Origin: Octopus vulgaris
Taxonomy: Eukaryota
Reading direction: 5' to 3'
Assembly (NCBI GenBank): GCA_951406725.2
Contig: OX597814.1
Span: forward strand, 33,604,001-33,668,000
Length of the DNA stretch: 64,000 nt
Shown: positions 55,303-64,000 of the stretch, one piece after another
Layout: every line of letters starts with the position of its first letter
Position numbering within the stretch: position 1 is the stretch's first letter
Translations under genes and position numbers: made by a program
The notes under the pieces: generated by a model
Databases searched by the model: none
What the model was told of the DNA's origin: nothing
What the model saw: the letters and a program-made list of their open reading frames with translations, nothing else

Positions 55303-56084
55303 TATATATATATATATATATACTTACAAACACGGTACATTCACAAACCAAAAGCCGAAATGCTATGATAAATATATTTAATTTCTTTATCTATGCAGAC
55401 AAACATTCATTTATACATTCATGATGGCTGTCTATTACCCATCGCCGACAGGGTAGTATCAGTAATACCCCTGCAACGGTTTTAAGTTAAGTGCAGCCTT
55501 TCTTTCTGGCCTTACTGCGTCCTCATACATCAACCCGAGTATTTCTACGTATGCATACATACATACGTACATACAAACTTACCTGCATATCTTCATACAG
55601 ACGTTAATGCCTATTATCATAGGTGCTCTGCGCTTCGTAACGACAGATCTACATAAAACCTAGAAATGGTAGGTTTCTCTGTGGAAAAAAAATCAACGCA
55701 AACTGATTCGTATTCTCTAAATATAATCGGTGAGAGGATTGGTGACAATTTGTGAAACATTCCATGGATTCTTTGTTTGAGGAACCTGGCCGGAAAACAT
55801 GCATAGAATCACACACCTATATAACATGCAATGAATCAAACACCCAAGGCGGTGCTCCAGCATGGGCGCAGTCAAACGACTAAAACAAGGAAAAGAATAA
55901 AAGAGCAGAAATAATTTATATATAGATGTATGAATGTGTGGAAGGATGGATGGATGGATGGATGGATAGATGGATGGATGAATGAATAGATGGATGTAGT
56001 ATATATGTACGTGTATGTATACGCACACATACATACACATATATACATACTTACAAACAAACATACATACATACATATATATAC

Positions 56085-56246
<162 letters not shown>

Positions 56247-56992
56247 CACATGTATGCACATACCAACCAATTCTTAATCAGAAACGCCAAGAGCTGACTT
56301 AAACAAAAACTCCTTTGTTAGTGACCTGGGTTGAATTCTGCAAAGAGGAAAAAAGAATACTTTCAAAACACCCAAAGAAAAATATACATGCATACATACA
56401 TACATACATACATACATACATACATACATACATACATACATACATACATACATAAAAAACGTATTGCCCCTGAAGATATGTATAGCATTTAAAATTTTCT
56501 ATTTCGAAAACACTTTTGCGATAAGTCTATCATCATCATCATCATCATCTTCATCATCATCATCGTCTTCGTTGTTGTCCTCATCATCATCATCATCATC
56601 GTCGTCGTCGTCGTCGCCGTCATCATCATCATCATCATCATCATCATTTTCATCATCATCATTATCATTGCTGTTGTTATACCTTGGTTTTGTTTCATTT
56701 CTAGGTTTTGCAGGGGGGGGGGTTCTTTGTTTGTTTTTTGGATAGTTGTTTTTCTTTTTCTCTTTTGTTTTTTTTTTGTTTTGTTTTTTTTAGTTTTGTC
56801 ACTTCCACCAAACTACCGAGGCCCAAAAGAACAACATAAATACTAACAGCCGGTTAGTATTTATCGGTAAATACATGCATTAATCACTTGCTTCCAGGCT
56901 TCTGTATATTTTCTGAGATAAACAACTATGACGTCGATAAGTATAGTGCACGTAATTAATGAATTTATAGTACTAATTAACAGCTAACAATA

Positions 56993-57035
<43 letters not shown>

Positions 57036-57241
57036 GAGAACACTGTTCTCTCTCTTTTTCTCACTCTCTCTCTCTCCCTCTCCTTCACCCTTCCTCTCTC
57101 TCCCTTTCTCTTTCTCTCTCTCTCTCTCTCTCTCGCTTTCTTTATATACATATGCTCACGCACACACACATATGTATATATGCATACATATTTTTAAAAA
57201 TGCATGTATGTTGAAAGGAATTTTTACATGTTAATGCATAA

Positions 57242-57318
<77 letters not shown>

Positions 57319-57342
57319 CAACAGATTAACTACGTACAGAGA

Positions 57343-57373
<31 letters not shown>

Positions 57374-57451
57374 TAAGAGAGAGAGAGAAAAAGAAAGAGA
57401 GAGAGACAGAGCGAGAGAGAGAGGTGTAGTTAGTTAGATAGATAGATAGAC

Positions 57452-57506
<55 letters not shown>

Positions 57507-57749
57507 GAAGGGGAGAGCGTTAGTGAGAGACAGACAGACAGAGACAGAGACAGACTTAAAATATGCTTTGGTATGTGTATATGCATGTGTATTTGTGAAG
57601 AGAGAGTGACAGAGAAGAGAGAGTGAGAGAGAAGAGAGCGAGAAAGACAATGCCAAAAGAACAGAGACCAAGAAAGTTTTGTAGTACGTCAAGTATGGCT
57701 GGAAAAAGAAATATGGGAGAAAAAACGTGAAAGGGTGAGAGTGAGAGGG

Positions 57750-57855
<106 letters not shown>

Positions 57856-58972
57856 GAAGGACGAAAGAAAGAAATTGGTAGGAAGAGAGGAAGAAGGAAA
57901 GACAGGATAAAATCAATACAATATCTCATATGTGTCTTGATAAATCACTTTACATAATCTATATCAATCTCTCCCTTTCTATCTACTATTTTCTCTCATT
58001 TTCTCAGTCAGTTTCCAGTCATGGCTGTGTGGTTTAGAATTTCGCTTCGCGACCACGTAGTTTCGATTCCAGCTTCATTACGCGGCACCTTGTGCAAGTG
58101 TCTTCTACTACAGTCGCAAGCCGACTAATGCCTTGCGAATGAATTTGGCAGACTGCTACTTCCTGTCTAAGTATGAAGCTCGTGTTGTCTTGCGTTCCTC
58201 ATCAGTTGCAGCCAGTTTTTCAAATATACAACATGTAAAGCTCTTCAGTTCTTTTTTTCACTTCCCTCCTATCAGCTGTACCTTGAAGTAGGACTCTCTC
58301 CAAAACGTTAGATTATCCACTCCCCACGGCAATTTCATAGCACGATTTCTGTCGAATTTTCTAAACAATAGAAGTCTTGGCGATGCAAGCCACCACCAGT
58401 CTCATGGGATTCTGTTTTATCCCCCCCTCTCTCTCTCTCTTTCTCTCTCTCTCTCCCTATATCCACTACTCATCCTCGATATGATATAATATATATATAT
58501 ATATATCACGATTGACTTGATAGTATGTCCCATGCTATTGTTCATTATTTAGGTGCCTGTGTTGTCACGAATACAAGCAGCCTCCCTCTCGACCAATGAA
58601 ATACCCAGTATGCTCCAACTAAAGTGAGACGGGATGCACCAGCAATTTGCTACTATTCATCTTCAACCGAGTAGACTGGAGTAATATAACAAATGATACA
58701 CAGCAGAACACAATACACCGCCCGGTCCTGGAATCAAACCCATTACCTTATGATCATGAGACGGGTCTCCTAACATTAATACTACGTGCCTTTGTCAGTA
58801 GATAATTAGTTAAATAAATCATAATTGTGAAAACATTAAGGTAGATTTAGACACTGACTTCAAAGAAGCATAACAGAACAACACAAAGAAGTACTTAGAA
58901 ATGGATGAAATTTTTTAAAAATTCAAAATAGAAGAATTCGGGGGTAATTTCAGAAAAGTGCATTATATATAA

Positions 58973-59353
58973 CTAGCAGTATCGCCCGGCGTTGCTCGGT
59001 TTTGTTTCGACCTTTTAGAATTGAAATTTTTGAAAAGTAAAAATTTTGCATTATGTAGCTTGTTATTATCTTTAAGTGAACATTTTTCTGGTTGAAATAC
59101 ACCGAAAAATGGCGACACATCAGTCAAAAAATCATAAAAATAGGGATTTTCATAGAAAAAAAGCACCTTTTTGATGTAAATAACTTTTGGTCTTAACATG
59201 GTCCGATTTGAATTTGTTTTCTTTTACAGAATGAAGAGCATTCTATCATACTCTCAATTTTGGTCAACTTGCGCCGCAGGGTCTCGGAGGAGATAATGTT
59301 AGTTGAAGGCTACCAAACCTGCCATATACAGACAACTTCAGCTTTATTTATGT
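58973..59353 (-). mobile_element. Non-autonomous Helitron-like element
   Basis: actagcagtatcgcccggcgttgctcgg 3' end shared with the 51234 copy; different interior. Confidence 0.75.
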
Positions 59354-60339
59354 AAATTTGTACATTTTTCTCTCTTTCCTCTTTTTTCTGTTCCCTTTCT
59401 CTTTGTTTTTACACTTTTTTTTTTCTTTTCATTGACTTTCATTTGTAAGAACTTGTATTATGTCTATTGTTCTAAATTAATAAATCATTTACAGTTTACA
59501 CTCATATTTGAAAAAAAAAGAGCCTCTTCATAAAAATATTAAAATTTTAGGGGTTTTCTCCCTTGGTTTTTACGACCAAAATTTTCTTCAATTTAATGAT
59601 CTAATTTTAATTATCACCTCCTTTAGGCTTGAAGGCCAACCGAAGGATCAAAAGGGTCCAAAGTTATTCTGTTCACTTATTGATTGGTCAATGGAATTAT
59701 TAAAATCCACTTCACAAACAATAATCGCTTGTAAGGTAATGATTTTCCTGTACGCCTTCGTAATATCTATAATATAATGATGGTCGGTACATGAAATGTC
59801 AAAGAGCTGTATATGATGAGAGAACTGAGGTTGAGATAACATCTGCTCTGTATTAAGAATATTCTTGTAGTGTATTATGGTAATTTCAAATATACATGAA
59901 AATTACCACTATTTACATTATTTACATTATTTACATTCGACGGATATTTGTCCTCGTCTTGTTTGTCCTTATCTTGTTCGACAAATATCCGTCGAATGTA
60001 AATAATGTAAATAATGTACATAATTCCTCATCTCTTAAATATAGAAATGAACATTACCAGTCTATGGGTGATTGATGTGTTCGTTAAATGGATCATAATC
60101 ACCAACCAATGAGCAAATCATTTTCTTGACCTAAAAGTAAGTTCAAGTGAAGTAAATTGAAGGAGCTGCGATTGGAAACGGTAAAACCATTAACAGTATT
60201 CCAAAACTAAAAACCTAAAACTGATATAGGAAGGCTATATTCACGAAGTGCAAGGAGAACATGCAAATAAAGAACTATTCCAATATAACCACTGTGGCTC
60301 TAGGAAATTACTTAGAAACAAACTAAAGTAGATATATTA

Positions 60340-60906
60340 TTGGGTTGTCCGGAAAGTTCGTGACGATTTATAGTAGCTTACCTTTCGACTTATTTTAGAA
60401 CATGGTTGAGTCCATAAAATAGGATTTGACTACACCTCCATTTAGAGCACAGTTTAAGCTATCTTTTCGTGGAAGAAGATTTATGTTCCTATAAACCTGC
60501 GTTAATTCTGTAACCCTTTAAAATGGAAGATAAGAAAGTTCATTTTCGGTACTTGATGCTTTGGGAACCAGACAAAAATTGCTGCAGCTCGGCTGGGATG
60601 TGTTGCCCCACCCTCCATATTCACCAGATATTGCTCCTTCGGATTTCCACTTATTCAGGTCTCTGCAGAATAGTCTTAATGGTAAAAATTTCAATTTTTT
60701 GGATGACGTAAAAGGATACCTTGATGAATTCTTTGCCATGAAACCACCTCAATTCTGGGAAGAGGGTATTTTCAAGTTAAAGGAAAGATGGAGACGCATT
60801 GTGCAACAAAATGGTTCATATTTGGTTGATTAAAAATGTAATGGCAAGTATTTGTTGACCTTTTTCATTCCTTTAAAAATCGGCACGAACTTTCCTGACA
60901 ACCCAA
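60340..60906 (+). mobile_element. Internally deleted mariner element
   Basis: Terminal inverted repeats ttgggttgtccggaaagttcgtg / cacgaactttcctgacaacccaa, TA duplication, transposase C-terminus LPHPPYSPDIAPSDFHLFRSLQN. Confidence 0.93.
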
Positions 60907-61199
60907 TAGTTTGATAAAGCAACACGAAGAAAATATGATACTTATATATGACGGAAACAATAAAATGCAAAGTAGAATAGTGAAGACATAGTAAAGAGAA
61001 AAGAAAAGGTAAGAAAAATTCTAAGTGGAATTCTGAAAACAATACAATAGAAAGATTTGAAAGAAAACTCTTTCTGTTATCATTATTCCTGTGAGAGTGG
61101 ACAAAGAGGAAATGTACTAATATTTCGAACGTTCGGAACTAAAGTTAAAAACGGAATTCTGGTTTTAGCTGTAGAAAATCTACAAAGTAAACTAACAAA

Positions 61200-61700
61200 A
61201 TAGATAATAAAATAAAAGCTTAATGTCAACTGCATGCTATGAAATCAATATGAAGAAACAATCGACCACATCATTTCCTCTGTCCAGTCGCAGTAAAGAC
61301 AACATATCCGAGAGGCATGACAATGTTGATAGCTTTATCTATTAGGCAATATGCATACGTTTCTACATCAAAGGACTCACCAAATCCGGTATATTACAAT
61401 GACATGGCTACGATACTCTAGGACATGCCTAACCAGATTTAGAAGGAGATCAAAGCAGACCTCCCAGATTTAATAATCAAAGACAGAAAGGAAAACTTAT
61501 GCACTCTTATAAACAACTCGATCCCTTCCGACCAAGTTACCGCCCTAGAGGTATTCGTAAACCTATGCAAGTACAGCGACCTCGAAATTGAAATAAAGCA
61601 TTCGGAGAAAAGCATAAAAATGGTGCCAATAATGCTAATAACAATTGCAATAGATAGAACACGAACAAAAACATAAACACCGTCTAACTATAATTTTATT
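61200..61700 (+). mobile_element. Degenerate R4/Dong-type 3' fragment
   Basis: ETIDHIISS, RHDNV, DLPDLIIKDRKENLCTLI. Confidence 0.65.
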
Positions 61701-61792
61701 TGGTACCTAACACAGTCAACACAAGACACTTTCAGTTCAAAAACTTTTACTCAAGTTTTACTCAACCAGTTCTACATCACTTTTCAAGCTAT

Positions 61793-62025
61793 ATATTTCT
61801 TTACTACCCACAAGGGGCTAAACATAGAGGGGACAAACAAGGACAGACAAACGGATTAAGTCGATTACATCGACCCCAGTGTGAAACTGGTACTTTATTT
61901 ATCGACCCCGAAACGATGAAAGGCAAAGTCGACCTCGGCGGAATTTGAACTCAGAACGTAACGACAGACGAAATACCGCTCAGCAGTTCGCCCGGCGCGC
62001 TAACGTTTCTGCCAGCTCGCTGCCT
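61793..62025 (-). mobile_element. SINE family D monomer with target-site duplication
   Basis: atcacttttcaag(c/t)tata on both flanks. Confidence 0.9.
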
Positions 62026-62086
62026 TATCACTTTTCAAGTTATAGACGCTTTCACAACAAACACGAACAACACCAAATTATCAAAA

Positions 62087-62513
62087 GGCGCAGGAGTGGC
62101 TGTGTGGTAAGTAGCTTGCTTACCAACCACATGGCTCTGGGTTCAGTCCCACTGCGTGGCACTTTGGGCAAGTGTCTTCTAGTAGCCTCGGGCCGACCAA
62201 AGCCTTGTGAGTGGATTTGGTAGACGGAAACTGAAAGAAGCCCGTCGTATATATGTATATGTATATATATGCGAGTGTGTTTGTGTGTCTGTGTTTGCCA
62301 AAACCCACCCACCCCCCGCAACATCGCTTGACAACCAATGCTGGTGTGTTTACGTCCCCGTAACTTAGCGCTTCGGCAAAAGAGACCGATAGAACAAGTA
62401 CTAGGCTTACAAAGAATAAGCTCTGGGATCGATTTGCTCGACTAAAGGCGGTGCTCCAGCATGGCCACGGTCAAATGACTGAAACAAGTAAAAGAGCAAA
62501 AGAGTAAAAGAGT
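62087..62513 (+). mobile_element. SINE family B, full length
   Basis: A box tggctgtgtgg, B-box-like ggttcagtcc, (gtaaaaga)n tail. Confidence 0.92.
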
Positions 62514-63269
62514 AATAATAAGGTAGGAAATGAGATATTCTAACGACAGACTCTTAATAAAAGCAACGGCTCTTTATTATAACCTGTGAATGATGGTTGT
62601 CGCCTACATGGTAAATAATGACATGGTTAATGAGATTGTTAATACTCTGTTTGTTAAGCGAAGCTTTTTGTGTGGTTTTCATTGCGTCTCCAGAAATTGC
62701 ATCACCGAATTGGCAGAGTTGCCAGAGTATCAGACGAAATAGGTAACGGGTTTTATTCAATCTCCTTGCGTAGCGAGTTCAGGTCCCGCCGAGACCAACT
62801 TTGTCTTTTAATCCTTCCAGTATTGATAAATAAAGTATAGAGGTTGGGGGACTGACTAGGTGTCGACTGGTGAAATTGATAGGGCGTCGGACTAGATGCC
62901 TTTGTGTGATATTTGTCTCGTCTCTTTATGTTCAGACCCCCACCTTGGTTTACACAGGTGGTAGTCTTAATCCATCCCCGATTTAACACAACCACCAATA
63001 CCACCATCACCATCATCACCACCACCACCACCACTACCACCACCACAACAACCACCAATACCACCACCACCACCATTACCACCACCACCACCATTTCCAC
63101 TACCTGGTCGTAGGGTACCTTTAGCGGAGTCCACTCTGTTGCAAGCATTCACGCCGATTTGAGGATATAGTTTACCTCCACCCCACTGGTCTCCCTTTCG
63201 CTCCCTCCTCACAAGGCGGTAAATAATTTCTGAGATGTGTGCAGTATTTTTGTTTTTGTATAATTCTCT

Positions 63270-63495
63270 CTACTATAGGCTCAAGGCCTGAAATTTGGGA
63301 GAGGCGGAGGAATGGAGAGGGGTCCAGTCGGTCACCTTGATCCCAGTACGCAACTGGTTCTTATTTTATCGACCTCGAAAAGACGAAATGCAAAAATAAA
63401 CTTCTGCAGTATTTGAACTCAGAATTTAAAACCGAAAGAAATGCCGCTAAGCATTTTTGTCCAGCTCAGTAACAGTTCTGCCAGCTCATCGCCTT
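63270..63495 (-). mobile_element. Diverged family D-like SINE
   Basis: atttgaactcag..ctgccagctcatcgcc head on the minus strand. Confidence 0.65.
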
Positions 63496-63559
63496 CATGC
63501 GTTTCATGATAATAAATTTATGCTGTTTTGTGTGTGGGGGGGGGGGTTAAAAATGATTT

Positions 63560-63795
63560 TCTTTTACTCTTTTACTTGTTTCAGTCATTTGACTGCGGCC
63601 ATGACTGCGGCTATGCTGGAGCACTGCATTTAGTCGAGCAAATCGACCCCAGGACTTATTCTTTGTAAGCCTAGTACTTATCTTATCGGTCTCTTTTGCC
63701 GAACCGCTAAGTTACGGGGACGTAAACACACCAGCATCGGTTGACAAGCGATGCTGGAGGGACAAACACAGACACACAAACATATGCACACACAT

Positions 63796-63865
<70 letters not shown>

Positions 63866-64000
63866 GACAGGCTTCTTTCAATTTCCATCTACCAAATCCA
63901 CTCACAAGGCTTTGGTCGGCCCGAGGCTATAGCAGAAGACACTTGCCCAAGGTGCCATGCAGTGGGACTGAACCTGGAAACACATGATTCATAAGCAAGC
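63560..64000 (-). mobile_element. SINE family B, running to the window edge
   Basis: Reverse complement of the family B sequence. Confidence 0.9.

Noticed and set aside
56836-56864. 12-bp perfect hairpin ataaatactaac/gttagtatttat
   Set aside because: Short and AT-rich; no supporting context

Overview
AT-rich, microsatellite-dense eukaryotic DNA with no recognisable host protein-coding gene. The repeat families suggest a coleoid cephalopod, probably Octopus (inference). Most ORF-track entries are simple-repeat translations. The real content is mobile DNA: a degenerate Neptune-type Penelope-like element (PLE; RT plus GIY-YIG), several R4/Dong-type, RTE and CR1 LINE fragments, a decayed SPIN/Buster-type hAT transposase, a deleted mariner, four non-autonomous Helitron-like elements and four tRNA-derived SINE families. 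The main signal is a set of type I hammerhead ribozyme (HHR) motifs read by eye. One variant-core HHR lies in the PLE 3' end. Canonical-core HHRs lie in three unrelated ORF-less elements inserted in TA microsatellites, two of which carry HHRs on both strands within long inverted repeats. A 3.1-kb array of 151-bp units carries 21 minimal HHR-like folds with a non-canonical CAGUUGA core. Together these look like a PLE-driven family of retrozyme-like RNAs; self-cleavage is untested.
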